The position numbers were made by a program, and so were the translations under genes. The notes under the pieces were generated by a model. That model saw only the letters and a list, made by a program, of their open reading frames with translations. It was not told the origin of the DNA and did no database searches. 37,529 bases of DNA from positions 1 through 37,529 of the forward strand of contig JAUYBT010000030.1 in NCBI GenBank assembly GCA_030692905.1. Reading direction: 5' to 3'. Shown piece by piece: positions 18,806-27,224 of the stretch. This stretch comes from Bacteroidales bacterium (lineage in GTDB: Bacteria; Bacteroidota; Bacteroidia; Bacteroidales; VadinHA17). Position 1 is the first letter of the stretch. The number at the start of each line of letters is the position of its first letter.

Positions 18806-20008
18806 TCAGGCTGGCTGCAGTTCAATTTTTTTACCAACTACTGAGAGGTTTTCCAGTAACATCTCTTCTGTTGTGATCCCGGATACAACGCCAGACAGAT
18901 CTGTATTCTGCAATGCCCATAAATAAGCTTTGACTGGTAATTTCATATCCCCGGGTATGATCTGGTTTAGTTTCTGGATTCTCCATTCAGGGATCGGGAC
19001 TTGTTCAGGAGAATATGGTGTAAATACTGCCATTGCAACCTTCATTGCAATAATTCCGACATTATTCTCTTTGGCTCTTTTTATTACATGATCCAAAAAT
19101 CCGTAATTAACTATATTGTATGCCAGCATTACCACATCAAAGTGTTTCGCATCGATGGCTGTATTTAAAATCGGTGCCATGTCGCTATGAGTTGATAATC
19201 CGTGAAATCTCACCTTACCCTGTTTTTTGAGTTCGCTGAATGTTTCAGCAATAAATGGGTTTTTTGCCTCGTGCGGACTGTTCGTTGCATGAGGGCAATG
19301 GACAATGTCTAAATAATCGGTACCTAATCTCTTTAGTGATTCTTCAACTGTGCTTATGATTAGTTTCTTAAACTCCGGGCTGCCCTCTACTTTTTCACCA
19401 TATTCTGCCATCATGGCATCACTCAGAAATACTCCATCAAGCTGACGTGGATGACCGGGCCAATATGTAAGAAAATAGCCTGGCTTTTCGATACCTCTTT
19501 CTCTTCGCATATCCAGGGCTTTTTTTTGCAGGGCTTCCTTCTTCGTAGTCGATAATCCATCGAAGATCTCTTTATAGAGTCTGTTACGGAGTGACGGAAA
19601 GGCACTGATTTTAGTAGCAAGAAACACCTTCTCCCTTTTTGAAGAACTGCTAAGCACTTTACCCAGAGCCGTTTCAGATGCACCTCTCCCGTACTGGGGA
19701 GCGGTATCCAGGTAATTCACCCCTCTTTCAATTGCAATCTCAACAGGTCTGATGTTTTCCGGAGTGGTAAACTCACTTCCATAGACTATCTCTGAAACCA
19801 TAAACCCGGTTCTTCCCAACTGCCTATAGACTATCCCATCCTGTTTATTACGCCATTCAGGAGTTGTTGACTGCGGTATCTCATTCGAGATGTTCTTCAA
19901 ACCTGATGATTCAAAGCCGGAGATAAAAGGAACCGATAAGGCAGCCATTGAACCCACATGAATGAATTCCCTCCGGCCTATTTCTCTGTTTTTTTTCTTT
20001 TTTTCCAT
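18806..20008 (-). CDS. Aldo/keto reductase with twin-arginine signal peptide
   Basis: YRQLGRTG, NYLDTAPQYG, ATK, SLKRLGTDYLD, GIIAMK; N-terminal GRREFI plus hydrophobic stretch. Confidence 0.88.
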   Translation of the reverse strand: MEKKKKNREIGRREFIHVGSMAALSVPFISGFESSGLKNISNEIPQSTTPEWRNKQDGIVYRQLGRTGFMVSEIVYGSEFTTPENIRPVEIAIERGVNYLDTAPQYGRGASETALGKVLSSSSKREKVFLATKISAFPSLRNRLYKEIFDGLSTTKKEALQKKALDMRRERGIEKPGYFLTYWPGHPRQLDGVFLSDAMMAEYGEKVEGSPEFKKLIISTVEESLKRLGTDYLDIVHCPHATNSPHEAKNPFIAETFSELKKQGKVRFHGLSTHSDMAPILNTAIDAKHFDVVMLAYNIVNYGFLDHVIKRAKENNVGIIAMKVAMAVFTPYSPEQVPIPEWRIQKLNQIIPGDMKLPVKAYLWALQNTDLSGVVSGITTEEMLLENLSVVGKKIELQPA

Positions 20009-20250
20009 AATATTATTTTTTGATTTATATTACTAAAATGAAACATCAGGATATAAAAGATCACTTGTTCCGGAATCTGATAAAGTAAAATTCCTGATTT
20101 ATTAATATGTCTTTAAAATAGTAAATAAAAACCATTTTCATATTGATTCTTTGGATTTTTTCGTAAATTTTGGTAAAAATATCTACGTAATAGATGATTA
20201 AGAAAATCTTACTCTTTTGTCTGAAGAATTAACCTTTATAATCCCGAACA

Positions 20251-21633
20251 ATGGACCGCAGATCATTTGTTAAAACCTCGGCAATAGGCTATTCCGGACT
20301 TGTATTAGGTGGACTTGCATTCAATCCGCTTCGTGCTTTGTCAAGACCTACTAACCTTAAAATCACGGATATCAGGGGGTGCACCGTAGCATCGAATTAT
20401 GATTATCCAATAATTAAAATTTATACAAATCAGGATATTTACGGACTTGGGGAGGTAAGAGATGCCGGATTTCTTGGCCAGGCGCTTATGATGAAACCAT
20501 ATCTTATCGGAAAGGACCCTCTGGATATAGAAAGTATACTTCATTCAATCCGGCCATTTACCGGACATGGAAGATTTGGAGGAGGATACAGTGCAATTGA
20601 TATTGCCTTAATGGATATTGCAGGAAAAGTTATGGGATGGCCATGTTACAAACTATTAGGGACAAAACTGAGAGATACAATTTCTGTATATGCCGATACA
20701 TTTGGCTCAGAAGATAAAGAGGCTTTCGCACGGTTCATGGAAATCAGGTTAAAACAGGGGTATAAGCATTATAAGATGGATCTCCGACCATGGTATCTGG
20801 AAGGTATTGAAGGAGCCCAGTCGGGAGGTTATCCCACTGAAAAAGGTCTGGAAGTATGGGGTAGTTATGTTGAAAGAATCAGAGATGTTATCGGTTACAA
20901 GGTGTCGCTGGGGGCTGACCATTTCGGGCCAATGAATATCCAGACAGGTATAAGGCTGGGTGAATTCATGTCACAATCGAAATACTGCCTTGCATATATA
21001 GAAGATGTTTACCACTTCTCTCAAACCAATTCAGTAAATGTCAATAAAGCAATCAGTGCAGGATCTCCTGTTCCTACACTGGGATTTGAAGATATTTTTG
21101 GCTTCGAGGGATACAGACCTTTTATTGAAGAAAACGCTATTGACATTATTCATGCCGATATGCTAACTTCAGGCGGCATGCTTGAAACAAAAAAGATAGC
21201 AGATTACGGTCATATATTTGGTATCAGAACTATGATGCATTGTGCCGGCTCGCCAATAGCTTCAATTGCAATGGTTCATTGTGCTGCAACTATTCAGGAT
21301 TTTATATGCCTTGAGAATCATGCGCTTGAAATACCATGGTGGTCGGATCTGATTACAGGGTTTGAAAAACCCATAATCCGGGATGGACTCATAAAAGTTC
21401 CTGAAAAACCGGGTTTGGGGATCGAACTAAATGATGAAGTAATGAAAAAATATTTAAGAGAACCGGGATATTTATACAAATCTGGCTATTTTGAACCTAC
21501 CCCTGAATTTGATAAGCCATTTCTCTGGCAGGAAGCAATCGATAAGAAAATCATTGGCCGATGGGCAAATATGGGCCCATGGTGGCATATAAACGATAAA
21601 GGCGAATACGGCTATACGATGGATCGCAGATAA
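20251..21633 (+). CDS. Mandelate racemase/muconate lactonizing (enolase superfamily) enzyme, probable acid-sugar dehydratase, with twin-arginine signal
   Basis: MDRRSFVK; GLGEVRD, SAIDIALMDIAGK, YKMD, metal ligands in ADH, IED and FED, PEKPGLGIEL. Confidence 0.88.
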   Translation: MDRRSFVKTSAIGYSGLVLGGLAFNPLRALSRPTNLKITDIRGCTVASNYDYPIIKIYTNQDIYGLGEVRDAGFLGQALMMKPYLIGKDPLDIESILHSIRPFTGHGRFGGGYSAIDIALMDIAGKVMGWPCYKLLGTKLRDTISVYADTFGSEDKEAFARFMEIRLKQGYKHYKMDLRPWYLEGIEGAQSGGYPTEKGLEVWGSYVERIRDVIGYKVSLGADHFGPMNIQTGIRLGEFMSQSKYCLAYIEDVYHFSQTNSVNVNKAISAGSPVPTLGFEDIFGFEGYRPFIEENAIDIIHADMLTSGGMLETKKIADYGHIFGIRTMMHCAGSPIASIAMVHCAATIQDFICLENHALEIPWWSDLITGFEKPIIRDGLIKVPEKPGLGIELNDEVMKKYLREPGYLYKSGYFEPTPEFDKPFLWQEAIDKKIIGRWANMGPWWHINDKGEYGYTMDRR

Positions 21634-21668
21634 GAAATAAATGGTAATATAAAGAAAATCAAAATAAT

Positions 21669-22538
21669 ATGAGATATTTAATTCTGCCACTCTTCTTTTC
21701 GGCATGTTTTTCATTTATTATTGAGGGACAGACTCCGGAATTCCTAAAACGGACTTTATCTGATGTCTTAGTTAAAAAGGCAGACATTTCTGGTGAGTCA
21801 GCGTACTATAAACCAATTTTTGGAGATGGAGATAGTAATGCCGAGACTGTTAAATGTATCGCCAGGTATGGTTTCCTTTCCATTGACTCAGGAGGATCAA
21901 GCAGTATTGTAAGATATGAAAAAGAGGAACAGGTTATATTCATTCTTGAAGGTACAGGAAATCTTCATTACGCAAAAGAGACTGTTCCGGTCACGAAAAG
22001 TGATTTTGTATATATTCCTGTCGGTGTGGAATATGGATTATCAAATCCCCGGGAAAAAACTTTGAAAGTAATTGTGATGGGATATAAAATTCCTGATGGA
22101 ACAAAAATGAATCAAACCCAAAAGCTGATGATTGCAAATGCTGATGAAGTACCTTTACAGGTTCTTGGTCAACATGGACCAACAACACAGTTTCAATTGC
22201 TTATGGGTACAACAGAAAGCAAAAGAGACAGACTTGCCGCTGCCTGTCAGGTTAACAGCCTGTTCATCATGGATTTTGCTGCAGGCGGAACCAATATTCC
22301 TCACATTCATGAAAGGGAAGAAGAGGTATATTTTGTTCTCAGAGGAAATGGTGAAATGGTGGCAGGGCAGACTTCTGACGGAAAAGAGATACGCTTTCCA
22401 GCCAAGGAAGGTGATGTTTTCTATTTTTCACCATGCACTCTGATAGGATTTTATAGTGCCACCAGGGAAGGGGAGGAGCATGCAAGAATACTTGCTGTAA
22501 GATCAAAATTCATTGTTCCTGACTCTGGAGGTAAATAG
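21669..22538 (+). CDS. Bicupin-domain protein with signal peptide
   Basis: Two cupin repeats (EEQVIFILEG, degenerate; PHIHEREEEVYFVLRG, metal motif intact); hydrophobic N-terminus. Confidence 0.82.
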   Translation: MRYLILPLFFSACFSFIIEGQTPEFLKRTLSDVLVKKADISGESAYYKPIFGDGDSNAETVKCIARYGFLSIDSGGSSSIVRYEKEEQVIFILEGTGNLHYAKETVPVTKSDFVYIPVGVEYGLSNPREKTLKVIVMGYKIPDGTKMNQTQKLMIANADEVPLQVLGQHGPTTQFQLLMGTTESKRDRLAAACQVNSLFIMDFAAGGTNIPHIHEREEEVYFVLRGNGEMVAGQTSDGKEIRFPAKEGDVFYFSPCTLIGFYSATREGEEHARILAVRSKFIVPDSGGK

Positions 22539-22587
22539 TCCACAAATTGAAAATTCAACAGCGGAGTAAACTTCTGAACCCCTGGTG

Positions 22588-25254
22588 TTAAATACTCTGT
22601 TTTTTTGCTTTTATTCTAAGTATTGTAAATGAATAAGGTTTGAACTCCATTTTAAATGAGTTGCTGAATTCTGCACATTCCGATACATGGGGAGATACTT
22701 TTGTCGGTTCGGCAAAGCTATTTTCATCCTGATTAGAAGCAGAAGATATCGTAATTACCTGACCGACAGGATTAACCTCAGCAGCATTGTTAAGATTAAT
22801 AGTTGTATTGAAAGGAGTTCCCTCACCATTCACAACTTTAACTATTATTTCATTATTGGTGCGATCGTAACCTGCAATTGCATACTGCTTCTGGAGTCTT
22901 TTATATTCAATTTCACCCTGGGTTACATCATCGATGGAACAGCTGATCATTTTACCATTTATAGTCAGTTTGATATTATGCCATCCATCTATACCGAACT
23001 CAAACGGTTTGCCGATAGTTCCGACTCTGACATTGCTTCCATTGGCAACTTTATCAACTGTAACAATATAGGTTCTTGGCTGATTCTGATCTTGCTGGCC
23101 TCCGAAACCGCCACCTCTCTGCATCCTGCTGCTTCCTACTGATAAGAGGAAGTAATTTCTGTCATCGGAAACTCCGAACCTGATGCTGAATCCATTGAAT
23201 ACACTGTCTCTTTTAATGTTTGCCGAGATCGTGCAATCTTCAAAAATAAGATCTTCAAGCAGCATGGCATTTGTCCTTCTGCCCCGGTTTTGTCCACCTC
23301 CCTGACCGGGCTGGCCCTGAGGATTCTGTTGGCCAATTTTTGTTGAATATGCATTTTCTATTACTTCCCAGTTTCCCGAAAGAATTTTCCATTTTGCCGT
23401 ATCTGCAGGAAAATCTGAAGTATAGAGAACTTTTGAACCCTTGCTGACGGTAAAGTCCTTGAACTTAACTGTTGAATTGACTGCAAATGCTGCAGCTTCG
23501 AAACCGACATTCCCTGAAATATTCTCTGCCGGAGGAACCCAGTCGAGTGTTGAAACTAGATTTAAATCTGGTCTGTTCTCGTTGTACATCTTCTGGACAT
23601 AATAAGAAGAACGTCCGAATACCGAATCATTTTTGAATCTTATAAGGTTGGTTGGCCAGTTCCTGTAATTAACATTCTCAAGAAGCGGAGCATACGAAGC
23701 GATCTTGATAAGGTCTGAGTTGTGCTCAATACCGGTCATAAAGGAAGCTTCGCTCAGGGCAGCATCCATGTTACCCGTTCCCACATTCCTGTTACAGGCA
23801 TATTCGCCTATATAAACTTCATAATTGCCTCTTGGAACAGTGTCATACATACGAACATTACTATAGAAAAATTCAGGACTGTTGTAATAATGAGGGTCGA
23901 TCATCTCAATTTTGTCAGCATCATAATAGGAGGGAAGTTGATTCCTTAACCCATTAGTGTTGATATAGGTCAGGTGCGGATATTTTTCCTTTAATGCTTT
24001 GTAAATCATATTGTAACGCTCACCGTAAATCGGGCCCGAGTTTTCATTTCCGATCTCAACATATTTCAGGGGGAAAGGAGCCGGATGTCCGTTTTTAGCA
24101 CGCTCGGCACCCCACTTTGTGCTTTTATCGCCAATTGCATATTCCACTGCATCGAGAGCATCCTGAACAATTGTTTTCATATCTTTCATTTCGTAATAGT
24201 CACCATTACGGACAGAGCATGAAACACCGGCATTGGCCACAAACATCCCCACAGCGCCGATATCTTCACAGAATTGAAGAAATTCATGATAGCCGAAATT
24301 ATAGGTATTATGATAGCCCCACAGGTCAAACTGCCCCTGACGGGTTATACGGTCACCAATCGATTCCTTCCAGTTAACCCTGTTCTCCATTGTGAATCCT
24401 TCAACAATACAACCGCCCGGCCACCTGATAAATGAGGGTTTCAGGTCCGCCAGTATCTGGGCAATATCTTTCCGCAGGCCATTTTTTCTACCCATAAATG
24501 TGTTCTGTGGAAGGAGAGAAACAAAGTCAACCCACAGCTCACCTGTGGAATTAAACTGCATTACAAGTTTTGCTTTGTTATCAGTAATAATTGAAGTAAT
24601 AGTATATGCATAACTAGTCCAGGTACCTGAATTATTTACTTTATACTCACTTGAAGAAATAACGTTACCATTTGAACTGATCAGTAAGACATTAACTTTC
24701 CCTTTATAGGATTTGTCAGCCTTCAGGAAGAACAGGAGGTCATATTTTTCACCATTCAGAACGGAAATTCCTTTAAATCCTTCATTAATGAGATTAACTC
24801 CACCGTCATTTTTGCTGATGTCGATCTGCAGAGAATGAGGTGTAGCTTTGTTCAAGGGATTATCGGTAGTGATTTTCATTTCTGCTTTTGATGCTCCTTT
24901 TGATTCCAGTATCCATCCTTCTGATTTCTCATCCGCATTAAATTTGAATCTGAAATTGCTTATTCGCCCCGAGCCATAATTTGGAAGGGAAGGGGCAATA
25001 ATAAATCCATCGGCAAATGTTGTTGAAGAGGGAATATTTTTCTCTTCAAAGCCCATGTTATAGATCATTTCCGGGTAGAGTCCGCCATCACCGGCACGAC
25101 TGATCTCTTCATAAAAGATACCCCAGAGTCCTTTGGAAATTTCGGCACCTTCTTTTGCCACATCAACAGATATGACTGAAGGTTTTTGTTTTGAGCAACC
25201 GGGGAACAGGCATGCTGCCAACAAAAATATGATTAAATAATTGAACCTTTTCAT
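22588..25254 (-). CDS. Alpha-L-arabinofuranosidase (GH51), lipoprotein, with an inserted beta-sandwich domain
   Basis: GIFYEEI, RWPGGC, EIGNEN (acid/base), IDPHYY, YIGEY (nucleophile), SYAPL; lipobox LFPGC. Confidence 0.92.
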   Translation of the reverse strand: MKRFNYLIIFLLAACLFPGCSKQKPSVISVDVAKEGAEISKGLWGIFYEEISRAGDGGLYPEMIYNMGFEEKNIPSSTTFADGFIIAPSLPNYGSGRISNFRFKFNADEKSEGWILESKGASKAEMKITTDNPLNKATPHSLQIDISKNDGGVNLINEGFKGISVLNGEKYDLLFFLKADKSYKGKVNVLLISSNGNVISSSEYKVNNSGTWTSYAYTITSIITDNKAKLVMQFNSTGELWVDFVSLLPQNTFMGRKNGLRKDIAQILADLKPSFIRWPGGCIVEGFTMENRVNWKESIGDRITRQGQFDLWGYHNTYNFGYHEFLQFCEDIGAVGMFVANAGVSCSVRNGDYYEMKDMKTIVQDALDAVEYAIGDKSTKWGAERAKNGHPAPFPLKYVEIGNENSGPIYGERYNMIYKALKEKYPHLTYINTNGLRNQLPSYYDADKIEMIDPHYYNSPEFFYSNVRMYDTVPRGNYEVYIGEYACNRNVGTGNMDAALSEASFMTGIEHNSDLIKIASYAPLLENVNYRNWPTNLIRFKNDSVFGRSSYYVQKMYNENRPDLNLVSTLDWVPPAENISGNVGFEAAAFAVNSTVKFKDFTVSKGSKVLYTSDFPADTAKWKILSGNWEVIENAYSTKIGQQNPQGQPGQGGGQNRGRRTNAMLLEDLIFEDCTISANIKRDSVFNGFSIRFGVSDDRNYFLLSVGSSRMQRGGGFGGQQDQNQPRTYIVTVDKVANGSNVRVGTIGKPFEFGIDGWHNIKLTINGKMISCSIDDVTQGEIEYKRLQKQYAIAGYDRTNNEIIVKVVNGEGTPFNTTINLNNAAEVNPVGQVITISSASNQDENSFAEPTKVSPHVSECAEFSNSFKMEFKPYSFTILRIKAKKQSI

Positions 25255-25524
25255 AGATGATAAAAGTATAAAATGTTAATAATAGTTTCGTAGGTCTTGA
25301 TTATGCAGGATTTTAAAATGTAATTCTATTTTTTGCCTTCTTAAGATCCATAATGAATATGCCGTAACCAATACCGGCAAGATCGGTTGATTTCACCAGC
25401 TTGAAGTTGTTATGAAAGGTAAGAAAAATAAATGTATTTTTTACACGTAAAAAGTTAAAAAATAATAAAATTAAGTTATTGGACTGTAAATCAATTACCT
25501 AAGTTTTTCAACACTGGGAGAAAT

Positions 25525-25614
25525 GGGGATTACATGCGGTGATCCCTTGTGGGGGTTCCTTGCAAAGCCAAATTACTCCCTTATTCGTTTCACTCGTATT
25601 GTCTTTTTCTTTTC
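25525..25614. repeat. tRNA-linked direct repeat, distal copy
   Basis: 83/90 nt identical (counted by hand) to 30476-30565; GGGAGAAATGGGGATT (25516-25531) matches the tRNA-Ser 3' end at 13/16. Confidence 0.92.
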
Positions 25615-25645
25615 TGTAAAATAATTAATCCCGACTTGGCAGGAT

Positions 25646-27052
25646 TCATTTAAGCTTTGCAGAATCAGGAGGATCAATAACCGTTTCATTTGCTTCAGGT
25701 TCATCATTGGTTTCAATCCGTACAAACTGAAGAGGTTTACGAAACCATGATGTCCGGTATGCACCATAAAGGACACCGGCTGTAAGCCAGCACATTCCTG
25801 CGATCTTGGCTTTGTATCCAAGGCTGAGCCATAGATATAAACAGATAGTAAATCCTAAGATCGGTACAATAAGATTGCTGAAGGTTTTGTGTTCGTTGCG
25901 TAAAAAATAGCGCACAAAAGCAGAGGCATTAACCCCCATGAATGCAATTAAGGCCCCAAAATTTAGTAATTGAGCACCTAACGGGTAGGTAAGCAGGAAT
26001 ACGCCGAAAAGGACTATTACGCCGACCAGGATTATATTGTTAGAAGGTATGCGCGTGCGTGGATTAATTTTAGCAAAGAACTTACCGGGGATAGCATTGT
26101 CTCGTCCCATTCCATATAGAAGACGGCCGGCTCCGAGATGGGCACCTGAACCTGAACCTATTGTCGCTACCAGTAGTGCAAGGTTGACAGCATGGAAGAG
26201 CCATTGGCCACCTGCCTTTCCTGCTACATAACAGAATGCCGTGTCCTGGTCCGGAAAGGTTGTTCCCGGCCATACAAGCTGAGCGGTATAAACCTGTATT
26301 GAAGCAAGCACACCTGTAATAAGGCAAACCAGGACTGTAGCCAACAGGATGTTGCGTCGTGGATTATGAACCTCTTCAGACAATGTTGAAATTCCGTCGA
26401 AACCAATGTAGGTAAGGACTGCCAGCGATGCACCTGCAGATACTGCGGAAAACGAAAAAGTCTTGGGATCATAAAATGGTCTTGTCCATTCAGCTGCATT
26501 GACGGGAGGATGTAAAAAAAGATAACGGGCCGCCGCTCCCAGGAAAAGAATAATAACCACACCCAATCCGGTAGCTATGATAGAGTTAGTACGTGAACTG
26601 GCTTCAATTCCACGCAAGTTCATTGCCGTAAATAAACATGTAAAAGCAATTGCGTAAACTGCGAAGGGTATTTCGGGAATTAAATTCATGGAAGCCTTAC
26701 TGATCCATATCACGCTGATTATAGGATTCATTACATAGTCGAAAATCATACCCCAGCCTACAAAGTAACCAAGTGCGGGATGAATTTCCCTGCTGACATA
26801 TGTATATGCCGAACCGGCACTGGGATAAGCATTAGCCATACGCCCGTAACTGATAGCAGTGAACAGCATCGCCACCATACCTATCAGAATCGTGGTAACC
26901 ACATGACCATGAGCTAAACCTGCAGCAGCGCCGAACAATGGCATTGGCGCCGTAGGCTGAATAAGAATAATCCCGTACAGTACCAGTGACGAAAGTCCAA
27001 GAACACGTTTTAAGCCCGGTCCTGAAACGGATGATGTTTGGGTGCCACTCAT
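25646..27052 (-). CDS. APC-family permease (PuuP/PlaP-like)
   Basis: LKRVLG, YPSAGSAYTY, TYIGFDGISTLSEE, RLLYGMGRD; about 12 hydrophobic segments. Confidence 0.92.
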   Translation of the reverse strand: MSGTQTSSVSGPGLKRVLGLSSLVLYGIILIQPTAPMPLFGAAAGLAHGHVVTTILIGMVAMLFTAISYGRMANAYPSAGSAYTYVSREIHPALGYFVGWGMIFDYVMNPIISVIWISKASMNLIPEIPFAVYAIAFTCLFTAMNLRGIEASSRTNSIIATGLGVVIILFLGAAARYLFLHPPVNAAEWTRPFYDPKTFSFSAVSAGASLAVLTYIGFDGISTLSEEVHNPRRNILLATVLVCLITGVLASIQVYTAQLVWPGTTFPDQDTAFCYVAGKAGGQWLFHAVNLALLVATIGSGSGAHLGAGRLLYGMGRDNAIPGKFFAKINPRTRIPSNNIILVGVIVLFGVFLLTYPLGAQLLNFGALIAFMGVNASAFVRYFLRNEHKTFSNLIVPILGFTICLYLWLSLGYKAKIAGMCWLTAGVLYGAYRTSWFRKPLQFVRIETNDEPEANETVIDPPDSAKLK

Positions 27053-27115
27053 ATTTCTTTTTTTTAGAAATTCATAGTGTTAATAAAGATAATAACTATA
27101 TATCTAATTTGAAAT

Positions 27116-27144
27116 ATTTGAATCGGAATTAATCCGATTTAAAT
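27116..27144. promoter_or_regulatory. Inverted repeat between divergent genes, candidate operator
   Basis: ATTTGAATCGGA-attaa-TCCGATTTAAAT (11/12 perfect). Confidence 0.5.
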
Positions 27145-27224
27145 GTAAAAGCTTCCTGTCAATTTATTTTACTAACTTTAATACTTAAAAATGAATTTAT
27201 ACATCTATCATTAAAACCCGCGAT

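Noticed and set aside
25320-25420. Possible gene remnant on the minus strand (FHNNFKLVKSTDLAGIGYGIFIMDLKK)
   Set aside because: Looks protein-like and lies near the distal repeat, but it is short, has no start and matches no family I recognise; needs BLASTX
25483-25500. ACTGTAAATCAATTAC resembling half of hairpins seen near tRNA integration sites
   Set aside because: Only one arm is present and the likeness rests on memory; too short to support
25628-25647. AATCCCGACTTGGCAGGATT small hairpin after the APC stop
   Set aside because: Weak, mismatched stem; cannot be called a terminator or repeat from one copy
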